The position numbers and the translations under genes are program-made. The notes under the pieces were generated by a model that saw nothing but the letters and a program-made list of their open reading frames with translations, searched no databases and was not told where the DNA came from. Source: Nitrospirota bacterium (GTDB taxonomy: Bacteria; Nitrospirota; Thermodesulfovibrionia; Thermodesulfovibrionales; Dissulfurispiraceae). From it: a stretch of 64,000 bases of DNA. Shown here one piece after another: positions 1 to 9,184 of the stretch; positions within the stretch are counted from its first letter, which is position 1, and the number at the start of each line of letters is the position of its first letter. The stretch is from contig CAVPZX010000002.1 of NCBI GenBank assembly GCA_963710375.1, forward strand, positions 224,001 through 288,000, read 5' to 3'.

Positions 1-435
1 AATGCCGAACTGGGGGATGTCGCCGAAACCGGACGGCCCTCCCGGTCCCCATTCATTCAGGGCAACATGAACTATCTCGCCAAAGCCCAGGGTCGCAACC
101 GCAAGATAGTGGCCCTTCAGCCTCAGGGCCGGCACCGCCAGTACAACTGCAGCCAGGGCGGCAGCCATCATTCCAAGAACAAGACTCATGACGACCGGCA
201 GCCCATAATGCGCGCTCAGTATGGATGACACATAGGCCCCGATCCCGTAAAAACCGGCCTGTCCCAGAGATATCTGGCCTGCATAACCCATGAGGACACA
301 GAGCCCGATTGCAACGAGTGCATTTATGCCGGAAAAGATGCCTATCGTTAATGCATAAGTGCTTCCTGTCAGAAAAGGCATGGAGATGATAAGGACCACG
401 AAAATCAGCATCGCCAGGGAGTTCGTTCTGTCCAT
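1..435 (-). CDS. livM: Branched-chain amino acid ABC transporter permease LivM-type (5' part; runs off window start)
   Basis: Manual translation from ATG at 435: MDRTNSLAMLIF...LMGYAGQISLGQAGFYGIGAY...RLKGHYLAVATLGFGEI; directly follows livH. Confidence 0.9.
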   Translation of the reverse strand, partial: MDRTNSLAMLIFVVLIISMPFLTGSTYALTIGIFSGINALVAIGLCVLMGYAGQISLGQAGFYGIGAYVSSILSAHYGLPVVMSLVLGMMAAALAAVVLAVPALRLKGHYLAVATLGFGEIVHVALNEWGPGGPSGFGDIPQFGI

Positions 436-437
436 GA

Positions 438-1325
438 TCAAAACTTCCTCAGCCGGGCTGCGGCACTGCTGCCGAATATGCCGGAGGGCCTGAAAAAAAG
501 TACCAGCAGCAGTATTATCAGCGCAACAGCATCTTTCAATCCCGATTGCAGATATCCCGCTGTCATCGACTCCAGGATGCCGATCAGGAATCCGCCGATG
601 ACCGCACCCCTGCCTCTTCCCAGTCCCCCCATAATTGCAGCGCAGAATCCTTTTACCGCAAGCATGGGCCCGTAATCGTATGCCATCAATGAAATGGGAG
701 TTATCGCTATCCCACCTATGGCGCCTGCCATAGCGCTGAAAATGAACGAAAGCATTACCATCCGCGACACATTTATTCCGACGAGCCTTGCTGCTGTGGA
801 GTCCACAGAGCATGCCTTCATCGCCTTGCCGGTTAAGGTTTTATTGAAAAACAGAAAAAGCAGGACTATGCACAAAGCAGTCACCCCGATGACCCATAAA
901 GTCTGCTGCTGGATGATTGCCCCGTGAATGCTTATGGGCTCGCCCTCTGTGAATGGATCGTAAGAATAGCTATCTTTACCGAATTTAAACATTAGGAGGC
1001 CCCTCAGAACTATTGAGACAGATATAGTGATCATTATCATCAGCAGGGGGTCGGTTTTTTTCACGGGCCTTATTGTCAACCTTTCCATCAAAAGCCCCAC
1101 AAGGCCCGCCGTTAGGATAGTGAGGAAAATCGAGACAAAGAAAGACAGTTTTAACGATGCTGTGAAGAACCACATCGTCAGGCCTCCGATCACCACAAAT
1201 TCTCCCTGGGCCAGGTTGATGATGGATGTGGCATTATAAATAATGTTAAAGCCCACGCCGACCAGGGCATAAACCGCCCCTACGGTGAGGCCCGAGAAAA
1301 GAAACTGCAAGAAAACGGTCAACAA
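438..1325 (-). CDS. livH: Branched-chain amino acid ABC transporter permease LivH-type
   Basis: GLTVGAVYALVGVGFNIIY..INLAQGEF and GKAMKA..AARLVGIN motifs; hydrophobic. Confidence 0.92.
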   Translation of the reverse strand: MLTVFLQFLFSGLTVGAVYALVGVGFNIIYNATSIINLAQGEFVVIGGLTMWFFTASLKLSFFVSIFLTILTAGLVGLLMERLTIRPVKKTDPLLMIMITISVSIVLRGLLMFKFGKDSYSYDPFTEGEPISIHGAIIQQQTLWVIGVTALCIVLLFLFFNKTLTGKAMKACSVDSTAARLVGINVSRMVMLSFIFSAMAGAIGGIAITPISLMAYDYGPMLAVKGFCAAIMGGLGRGRGAVIGGFLIGILESMTAGYLQSGLKDAVALIILLLVLFFRPSGIFGSSAAARLRKF

Positions 1326-1326
1326 A

Positions 1327-2481
1327 CTATTTCAGTATCTCCCAGTCTCCGTTTTTGACAACCACCATTTCGAATGCGGTCTTATCAAGGCCGCAATGGT
1401 CTCCAGGTGACATATTGAAGATACCGGCTGTTCCGACCCATTTTTTTATTCTTGTTTCAATGTAGTCCCTAATCTTCTTTTTGTCTCCCCCGACTTTTTT
1501 AAGCGCCTCCGTGACCACCATAATCGCATCGTATGCATGTCCGCCGAATGTGCCTGGTTCCCCTTTATACCTGGCTTCATAATCCTGGGTATATCTTTTC
1601 AGGAGTTTATACTGGGGATTCGAGGCAGGAATCTTGTCCCACACCACGAGCCTGCCCAGGGGGGCGATAACGCCGTCAGACGCCTTGCCAGCGAGTTCGA
1701 TATTCTTTTTGCTGCCCCACCCATGGCTCTGATAGAGAGGGATCCCCATTTTTAATGCGTACCAGTTCTTTGTTACGATTACCTGTCCCGGGCCGACTGA
1801 CCAGTTTATGACTGCCTGGGCGCCTGCGGCCTTGATCTTTACAAGCTGGGTCGTCATATCAGAATCTTTTGGCCCGTATTTTTCATCAGCGACTATTGCC
1901 ATACCGTATCGGGGGGCTGTTTCGAGGAGAGCTTTTCTGCCGGCGTCACCGAACCCGGTAGATATAGTGACTATGCCGACCTTCGAAATTCCATGCTTTT
2001 TCATATAGGTATAGATCGCCTCAACGGCGTTCGTATCATATTGAGGAGTCTTGAATATCCAGTATCTTTCTTTTACAGGCTGGGTTATATCCGCGCCTGC
2101 TGCACACGAAATCAGAGGAGTTTTGGCAGAGTTCATTATCGGCACTAGCGCCATCGATTCACCTGTGGTCGACGGCCCAATTACAGCAAGCACTCTATCA
2201 CTGTCTATGAGTTTCCTGGCTGCGAGCACGGCCTGAGTTTCATCGCTCTTTGAGTCTTCGATGATTATCTCAAGCGGATGGCCGTTTATGCCACCGGCCT
2301 TGTTTATCTGGTCCTGAAGAAGCAGTGCAGTATTCTTCTCCGGCTCACCCAGGAAAGAAGCTGCACCAGTCACCGAAAAAACGGCGCCTATCCTATAAGG
2401 CTCTGCAGCATAAGTGCTCCCTGTTATGATCATCGATAAAAGAAACCCTATCAAAGCACAAACTGTCGCAACTCTTTTCAT
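1327..2481 (-). CDS. ABC transporter substrate-binding protein, LivJ/LivK family
   Basis: Start taken at MKRVATV behind GGAGG; signal peptide; INKAGGINGHPLEIIIEDSKSD; AYDA motif. Confidence 0.9.
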   Translation of the reverse strand: MKRVATVCALIGFLLSMIITGSTYAAEPYRIGAVFSVTGAASFLGEPEKNTALLLQDQINKAGGINGHPLEIIIEDSKSDETQAVLAARKLIDSDRVLAVIGPSTTGESMALVPIMNSAKTPLISCAAGADITQPVKERYWIFKTPQYDTNAVEAIYTYMKKHGISKVGIVTISTGFGDAGRKALLETAPRYGMAIVADEKYGPKDSDMTTQLVKIKAAGAQAVINWSVGPGQVIVTKNWYALKMGIPLYQSHGWGSKKNIELAGKASDGVIAPLGRLVVWDKIPASNPQYKLLKRYTQDYEARYKGEPGTFGGHAYDAIMVVTEALKKVGGDKKKIRDYIETRIKKWVGTAGIFNMSPGDHCGLDKTAFEMVVVKNGDWEILK

Positions 2482-2588
2482 TTTTCCTCCCTTTGTCTCA
2501 TCTATAAACGTGCAGCAAACATACAACCCTTTAATAGCAGTTATAAAGATAGCAAATTGTCGGCTATAAAAACAATAAGGAAGGCAGC

Positions 2589-2766
2589 GGCAGGAGAAGG
2601 GGAATACTTGTTTTTCGACGCGCTGAAACTACCTTTGTCGGCAAATCTCAATGTCTTCATGGCAGCGATACTCGACTCCGTTCTCAGGTGGGGCTCGGCG
2701 TTACTCGCCCCCGTTACAGTAGACCCGTGCATCGCATCGAAAAACAAGTATTCCCCTTCTCCCGCC
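2589..2766. repeat. Palindromic element copy 1: 34-bp inverted arms around a conserved core hairpin
   Basis: Arms 2589-2622 / 2733-2766 (26-bp perfect core 2593-2618 / 2737-2762). Inner GGGCTCGGCGTTACTCGCCC at 2691-2710 is identical to 26159-26178. Confidence 0.85.
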
Positions 2767-2858
2767 TTCCGCTATTTTGTATCTCTCAGTTTGCAGTAAT
2801 TCCCGAATGTGTGATAAAATTTTTAGCTATTTTAACCACTTGTCGAAAGGATGCGCTC

Positions 2859-3434
2859 ATGAATGTCACTAGTGTATTATTAGCGGGTGTTGGAGGCCAG
2901 GGGATTGTTCTGGCGAGTAAAATCCTTGCGAAGTGTGCGTTCACAGCCGGTTTAATGGTTAAAGAGAGCGAGCTTCACGGGATGGCCCAGAGAGGCGGGA
3001 GCGTAGTCAGCCATGTCCGTTTCGGCGAGGAGGTCTATTCACCTCTTATACCAGCGGGCAAAGCCGATTTTATGGTGGCTCTCGAAGAACTTGAAGGCCT
3101 CAGATATACCTATTTTCTGAAACCTTCAGCACAGGTGATACTTAACAGTAAGCAAGTGATGCCCTCTGTCATACTCCCTGAAAATTCCCGGTACCCGGAA
3201 AACATCAGACAAAAGCTGGAATCGCTGGGATTCCGGGTTGACGAGATTAATGCACTAGAAACCGCTAAAGAATTGGGCAACCTCAAAGTCGAAAACATTA
3301 TTCTTGTCGGTGCGCTCTCACGATATCTTCCCTTTACTATGGAGGATTGGCAGAAAACGATAGCAGAATCGGTACCGGCTAAAACCATAGAAATAAACAT
3401 AAAGGCATTCAAGACAGGCAGGGATAGGAAATAA
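2859..3434 (+). CDS. iorB: Indolepyruvate oxidoreductase subunit beta
   Basis: LAGVGGQGIVLAS, SELHGMAQRGGSVVSHVRFG; ATG at 2859 chosen over the upstream GTG. Confidence 0.92.
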   Translation: MNVTSVLLAGVGGQGIVLASKILAKCAFTAGLMVKESELHGMAQRGGSVVSHVRFGEEVYSPLIPAGKADFMVALEELEGLRYTYFLKPSAQVILNSKQVMPSVILPENSRYPENIRQKLESLGFRVDEINALETAKELGNLKVENIILVGALSRYLPFTMEDWQKTIAESVPAKTIEINIKAFKTGRDRK

Positions 3435-3444
3435 GGAATCGGAC

Positions 3445-4737
3445 ATGTTCTGGCAAAAGCAGGTTGAAACAATCGGACGGAGGAGTCTGCAGTCCTTTCA
3501 GCTTCAGAAACTCCGGAAGACAGTTGCTGATGTTTATAAAAAAGTTCCATTTTACAAAGATAGATTAGATGAATCAGGAGTCAAACCTTCGGACATTAAA
3601 ACTCTGAAGGATGTCAGGAAACTTCCATTCACCACCAGGGACGACCTAAGATACAATTACCCTTATGGGATGCTTGCGGTCCCAAAAGACAATGTTGTGC
3701 GGCTTCATACCTCAAGCGGCACCACCGGTAAGCCAAAGGCCTTATTTTTCTCGGCGAAGGACATAAATAATTCGGCCCAACTCATAGCCAGGTGCCTTGT
3801 GATGACAGGTATGACGCGGGGTGATATACTGCAGAACATGATGACCTACGGCCTTTTTACAGGGGCAATGGTAATGCACTATGGCGCCGAGAAGTTGGGC
3901 GTACTTGTAATTCCCTCCGGACCCGGTAATACCGACAGGCAGATAACGCTGATGCAGGATTTCGATACGACAGCTATTCATATCACGCCGAGTTATGCGC
4001 TTTACCTCGGAGCGGTCCTGCAGAAGAGGGGGATCGACCCAAGGGAGGGGCTCAAGCTCAAGAGGGCGTATCTGGGCGCGGAGCCTTACTCCGAAGAGAC
4101 AAGACGGAAACTTGAGGATATCTTTGGCATAGACGTATACAACTCATATGGTCTGACCGAAATGAACGGGCCGGGCGTCGGTTTTGAATGCACCGAAAAA
4201 CACGGCATGCATATATGGGAAGATATGTTCCTGATGGAAATAATCAACCCTGAGACAGGCGAAGAAGTCCAGGAAGGTGAAGTTGGGGAGATAGTTTTCA
4301 CTACGTTGCAGCGGGATGCGATGCCCATACTCCGTTACCGCACGAGAGATCTCACAAGCGTTATGCCGGGCAAATGTAAATGCGGAAGGACGCATCGCAG
4401 AATATCCCGAATAATCGGCAGGTCCGACGACATGTTCATTTTAAGGGGCGTCAACATATTCCCGCAGCAGATAGAGCAGGTGCTTATGAGCGTGAAGGGC
4501 GTTGCTGAAAATTACCAGATAGTGCTAGAATCTTTTGACGAAATGGACATAAAAGTCGAGATATCAAGAGACTTGTTTGACGGTAATATCGAACACCTTA
4601 TGGCATTGAAAACAACAATAACGGACAAGATAAGGTCTGCTGTCCTGGTGAAACCTAAAGTGGAGCTCGTGGAGCCAGGCACCCTGCCGGTCAGCGAGGG
4701 GAAAGCAACAAGAGTGATAGATAAAAGGACAATATAG
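3445..4737 (+). CDS. paaK: Phenylacetate-CoA ligase family protein
   Basis: [51 protein letters not shown]. Confidence 0.92.
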   Translation: MFWQKQVETIGRRSLQSFQLQKLRKTVADVYKKVPFYKDRLDESGVKPSDIKTLKDVRKLPFTTRDDLRYNYPYGMLAVPKDNVVRLHTSSGTTGKPKALFFSAKDINNSAQLIARCLVMTGMTRGDILQNMMTYGLFTGAMVMHYGAEKLGVLVIPSGPGNTDRQITLMQDFDTTAIHITPSYALYLGAVLQKRGIDPREGLKLKRAYLGAEPYSEETRRKLEDIFGIDVYNSYGLTEMNGPGVGFECTEKHGMHIWEDMFLMEIINPETGEEVQEGEVGEIVFTTLQRDAMPILRYRTRDLTSVMPGKCKCGRTHRRISRIIGRSDDMFILRGVNIFPQQIEQVLMSVKGVAENYQIVLESFDEMDIKVEISRDLFDGNIEHLMALKTTITDKIRSAVLVKPKVELVEPGTLPVSEGKATRVIDKRTI

Positions 4738-4762
4738 AAATTCTTTTTTGAGGGCGGCGGCT

Positions 4763-5185
4763 ATGGATAAGGTAATGCAGATATCGATATTTGCAGAGAA
4801 TAAGCTCGGCAAGATGGAAAAAGTGACTAAAGTCCTCTCCGATTCGAAGATTAATATTCTTGCCATATCAATTACCAGCACAAACGGATTTGGAATCATA
4901 AAGTTCATGGTCGATAAGCCTGAGCTTGCGCTTGCGGTACTTAAGAAGGACGGTTTTACGGTTTCTCTTACTGAAGTGCTTGCTATCGAAATGGATGACC
5001 AGCCAGGAGGATTGCACGAAGTAGTCAGCATCCTTGCCCAAAATAATATCAACATTGAAAATGCGTCAGTATACGTTGCGGAGTCGAGGAAGAGGGCCTA
5101 TCTGCTGGTTGAGGTCAAGGACATAGATAATGCAAAAAAGCTTTTTGAAAACACCAGTCTGAAATTATACAGGAGAGAGAAATGA
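4763..5185 (+). CDS. ACT domain-containing protein
   Basis: [29 protein letters not shown] tandem ACT pattern. Confidence 0.88.
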   Translation: MDKVMQISIFAENKLGKMEKVTKVLSDSKINILAISITSTNGFGIIKFMVDKPELALAVLKKDGFTVSLTEVLAIEMDDQPGGLHEVVSILAQNNINIENASVYVAESRKRAYLLVEVKDIDNAKKLFENTSLKLYRREK

Positions 5186-6480
5186 TTTGGGACAAACATG
5201 CGGAGTGTATGCCGGCCAGGGAAAGAGAGAGGTTGCAGCTTGAGAGGTTAAGAAAGGCTGTTAAGAGGGCATATGACAATGTACCCTTTTTCAAAAAGAA
5301 ATTCACAGAAGAGAAAGTTAGCCCAGAAGACATCAGGACGCTGAAAGACATAACCAGAATCCCCTTCACCACAAAGGCAGACCTCCGGGATTGTTATCCG
5401 TTCGGCATGTTTGGCGTCCCCCGCAGCGAAATCGTCGAGGTGCACACATCCTCGGGAACTACAGGTAAACCTGTGGTAGCAGGATATACCCGCAGTGACA
5501 TAGACCTGTGGAGCGAAGTGATGGCGCGCTGCCTGACAATGGCGCAAGCGACCGAGGAAGACATAATCCAGAACTGTTATGGATACGGGATGTTTACCGG
5601 CGGGATGGGCGTTCATTACGGCGCTCAGAGGATAGGGGCCACCGTCGTTCCGATATCCGCCGGCAATACGAAAAGACAGCTTGAGGTGATGCAGGACTTC
5701 GGCACCACTGTCATAACCTGCACGCCTTCATATGCATTGTACCTGGCAGAGGTAGCCGAAGAAGAGGGTATAATCACCAAAAAGATAAAGTTAAAGAGCG
5801 GATGTTTCGGTGCGGAGATGTGGAGCGAAAAAATCCGTGAGCAGATAGAGAAGAGATTCAATATTCTGGCGCTGAACATTTATGGCCTGACAGAAATAAT
5901 AGGACCCGGCGTAGCGCATGAGTGCCCGGAAAAAACAGGGCTCCATATATTTGAAGACCATTTTTATGCCGAGGTCATCTCACCCGAAACACTTGAACCG
6001 CTGCCTGAAGGAGAACAGGGCGAACTGGTCATCACTACCTTGACCCGCGAGGCCACGCCGATGCTCCGCTTCAGAACTCGCGACGTCACTGCGCTCAGGA
6101 GGGAAGTGTGCAAGTGCGGAAGGACCCTGGTAAGAATGGAACGCATCAAAGGCCGCACCGATGACATGCTTAAGATCAGGGGCGTAATGGTCTTTCCGTA
6201 CAACATAGAAAAGGCCCTGCTCGAAATTAAAGGCATTGAGCCGCATTATCAGATAATAGTGACCCGGCCGCAGCATCTCGATGAGATCGAAGTTCAGGTC
6301 GAGATGTCCAGGAAGGTTTTCTCCGATGAAGTGAGGCGTATTGAAGATCTGAAGAAAAATATAGAAAAGCATATAGAGAGATCGGTAGGGATAAGGGTCA
6401 GAGTCACACTCGTGGAACCAAAGACCCTCCCGCGCAGTGAAGGCAAAGCTAAACGCGTCATTGACATGCGTCAACTTTAA
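5182..6480 (+). CDS. paaK: Phenylacetate-CoA ligase family protein (second paralog)
   Basis: [44 protein letters not shown]. Confidence 0.92.
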   Translation: MIWDKHAECMPARERERLQLERLRKAVKRAYDNVPFFKKKFTEEKVSPEDIRTLKDITRIPFTTKADLRDCYPFGMFGVPRSEIVEVHTSSGTTGKPVVAGYTRSDIDLWSEVMARCLTMAQATEEDIIQNCYGYGMFTGGMGVHYGAQRIGATVVPISAGNTKRQLEVMQDFGTTVITCTPSYALYLAEVAEEEGIITKKIKLKSGCFGAEMWSEKIREQIEKRFNILALNIYGLTEIIGPGVAHECPEKTGLHIFEDHFYAEVISPETLEPLPEGEQGELVITTLTREATPMLRFRTRDVTALRREVCKCGRTLVRMERIKGRTDDMLKIRGVMVFPYNIEKALLEIKGIEPHYQIIVTRPQHLDEIEVQVEMSRKVFSDEVRRIEDLKKNIEKHIERSVGIRVRVTLVEPKTLPRSEGKAKRVIDMRQL

Positions 6481-6491
6481 AGGAGCGCCAT

Positions 6492-6923
6492 ATGAAAGTT
6501 AAACAAATTTCAATCTTTCTGGAGAACAAAAAAGGCAGGTTATTTGAAGCCATTGATACGCTGGCAAAGGCGAAGATAAATATACGCGCTCTCTCGATTG
6601 CCGACACGTCTGAATTCGGCATACTGCGTATCATAGTACATGAGCCGGACAAGGCAAAGAAAGCCCTTGAGAAAAGCGGTTTCACGGTAAGAGAAAATAA
6701 CGTGATCGCTATCGGCGTATCCGACCAGCCCGGCGGACTTTCCGAGGCGCTGAAGGTATTGAATGAGGCTCAGATCAATGTCGAATACCTGTACGCATTT
6801 GTCGAGAAAACCGCTCAAAAGGCAGTGGTCGTAATCCGCACCGAGAACACTGATGCAGCTGTCAAGGCCCTGAAGGATGGAGGTATTACGGTGCTGTCGG
6901 CAAAAGAGATTTACAATCTGTAG
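6492..6923 (+). CDS. ACT domain-containing protein
   Basis: [47 protein letters not shown]. Confidence 0.9.
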   Translation: MKVKQISIFLENKKGRLFEAIDTLAKAKINIRALSIADTSEFGILRIIVHEPDKAKKALEKSGFTVRENNVIAIGVSDQPGGLSEALKVLNEAQINVEYLYAFVEKTAQKAVVVIRTENTDAAVKALKDGGITVLSAKEIYNL

Positions 6924-7003
6924 CCCTGAACCGGCACAGCTGCGCACCAAGGGCTACCAGGGCAAGCTAAAACCCCCTGTGCCATCCCGGTTGCCTTGGC
7001 CGT

Positions 7004-9043
7004 TCAGCGGAGGTTTGATGCCAGGGAAGCGCTATATTCATTTTCAATAGCGTCTATGCCTTCGTGCATCTGCCTGGTAAACTTTTCAAAATCAATGTAT
7101 AACGATTTAGCACTATTATTGTCTCCGGCATTGACCTTGTTAACAATATCTTTTGCTAACGTATGGATTCTCTCATGCGGTAATGCCAGGGCCTTGAATG
7201 TAGCAAGATGTCCGAAGAGTTCTGTTCCTTCAGTATCATACCATATGCCAAATCTGCAGTTATGACTATCATGAAGTTTGGCTGAGGTCCACTGTTTATT
7301 CCCCTTAATAACATCGTCAATATTGTCGAGAAAGGCTTTATGATCTGATCTTGCGATTTCGAGCATAACTATACCACTCCCTCCAGTTTTAAAGCCTGAG
7401 CTTGCTTTGCGCAGATTATCAACTTCACCGATTATGTTGTTAGCGCCTTTAAGGACACGCCGCGATATATCATCCGTTTCTTTTGAAATGCTTAATGTTG
7501 TCTCAATATTTTTTGCAACTTCCTTTGCCGCGGCAGATTGCTGTTCAACGGCAGTTGCAATCTGTGATATCTGATCACCGGCCCTGCGAACCGAGTCATT
7601 GATTTTAGCGAGAGATTCACCAACCTCATTTATATATTCATTGGCCCTTGTCACTTCTTCAGTTGTGGTATTCATCGATTTCGTAGTCAGTTCAGATTCG
7701 TGCTGGACAGCAGTTATTTTTCCATTTATTTCAGAAGTGGCTTTTATCGTCTTCTCAGCCAGCTTCCTCACTTCGTCAGCAACCACCGCAAACCCTCTGC
7801 CCTGTTCACCGGCTCTTGCCGCTTCTATCGCGGCATTTAAAGCCAGAAGATTCGTCTGGTCGGCAATGTCTGTAATTACAACGACAATCCCGCCAATTTC
7901 CTCCACACTTTTATTTAATTTTTCGATCATGGTTGACAGGTCGATTGTTGAACTAAAAACTTTATTAACAGAGGCAACTGCACCATCAGATATTTGTTTC
8001 CCTGTATCGGCCGTTTTCATGGCATCATTAGATACATCCAGAGCCAGCGATGCTGATTTTGATATATCGGTCACAGTTTGACTCATCTCTTCTGCTGCAG
8101 TGGCTATTTGATTCGCCTGGTTGTATTGCGTCTTTGCTCCCTCGGACATTACTTTCGCATCGTCTCTCAGAGCGCCTACGTTTTTAACAACATTACTTGC
8201 AGATGTTAAAGTATTATTGATCATCATGCCGTAAGAATCCAGCAACATATTTATCTCACGCACGAGACCACCGATCTCGTCACTGCTTTTTTCTTCAAGT
8301 CTTTTTGTCAGGTCGCCACCCCCCTCCGCCACCATCCTAAGTGCTTTTTTAAATTCATTCATCGGCTTTGTCACAAAACCACGACCGACAATGAAAGTCA
8401 TAAGTGTGACTAAAGCAGAAACAACAATGATCATTCCGCCCAATATCATAAGCATCTTATGAACTACTGCTGCTATATCATCAGTATAAGAGCCGCCTCC
8501 TATGACCCATCCCCAGGGCTTGTACCCTTTGACATAGGAAACTTTCTGTTGCGGCTCCTGTTCTCCCGGCTTTGGCCACAAATATGAAATCAATCCTTCT
8601 CCTCTATCCTTCACTATATTTACCATTTCGACAAACATTGCCTTGCCATTAGGGTCTTTCATGTCGGAGATATCTTTCCCGTCCAGCTCAGGATTGATAG
8701 GCGACATGATCATTTTAGGACCCATATCGTTAACCCAAATATAGTCTTTCCCGTTTTTGCCAAACCTGAAATTTTTAAGCCTGTTTGCAGCTCTCTGCTG
8801 CCCCTCTTGCAGTGTAAATTCCCCGCTTGCAACACGCTTGTCATATTCAACTACCATGTTATATGCAACATTGACAACGCTCGAAAGCATCGTCTGCTTC
8901 TCTTCCATTTCATGATCTTTTATAACGGGCAGGATAAAGAAAATTACTCCCATGATAATGAGTCCTATTGCCGTTATAGGCATGATGGAAATCTTCCAGA
9001 ACACCGGCCAATTTCTGAACTTCAATAAGTCTGCTTTTTCCAT
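7004..9043 (-). CDS. Methyl-accepting chemotaxis protein (Cache sensor, HAMP, MCP signal, C-terminal CZB zinc-binding domain)
   Basis: Two TM helices; Cache motif [79 protein letters not shown]. Confidence 0.93.
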   Translation of the reverse strand: MEKADLLKFRNWPVFWKISIMPITAIGLIIMGVIFFILPVIKDHEMEEKQTMLSSVVNVAYNMVVEYDKRVASGEFTLQEGQQRAANRLKNFRFGKNGKDYIWVNDMGPKMIMSPINPELDGKDISDMKDPNGKAMFVEMVNIVKDRGEGLISYLWPKPGEQEPQQKVSYVKGYKPWGWVIGGGSYTDDIAAVVHKMLMILGGMIIVVSALVTLMTFIVGRGFVTKPMNEFKKALRMVAEGGGDLTKRLEEKSSDEIGGLVREINMLLDSYGMMINNTLTSASNVVKNVGALRDDAKVMSEGAKTQYNQANQIATAAEEMSQTVTDISKSASLALDVSNDAMKTADTGKQISDGAVASVNKVFSSTIDLSTMIEKLNKSVEEIGGIVVVITDIADQTNLLALNAAIEAARAGEQGRGFAVVADEVRKLAEKTIKATSEINGKITAVQHESELTTKSMNTTTEEVTRANEYINEVGESLAKINDSVRRAGDQISQIATAVEQQSAAAKEVAKNIETTLSISKETDDISRRVLKGANNIIGEVDNLRKASSGFKTGGSGIVMLEIARSDHKAFLDNIDDVIKGNKQWTSAKLHDSHNCRFGIWYDTEGTELFGHLATFKALALPHERIHTLAKDIVNKVNAGDNNSAKSLYIDFEKFTRQMHEGIDAIENEYSASLASNLR

Positions 9044-9184
9044 TTGTATGTACCCCCCCGTGACTCAATTAACATAATGCCTCTATTTAGCCGTCTTGTC
9101 CAATAAAAAACACTTCTGAATGCAACAGAATTATAGCAGATGGCGCCGAGGTTATTTCAAGGAGCAAGTGGGGGAAATTGGAGG

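Noticed and set aside
2541..2799. ORFs 2541-2747 (-) and 2557-2799 (+), and the N-terminal extension of iorB
   Set aside because: Products of the inverted repeat: both strands encode the same SKNKYSPSPA peptide.
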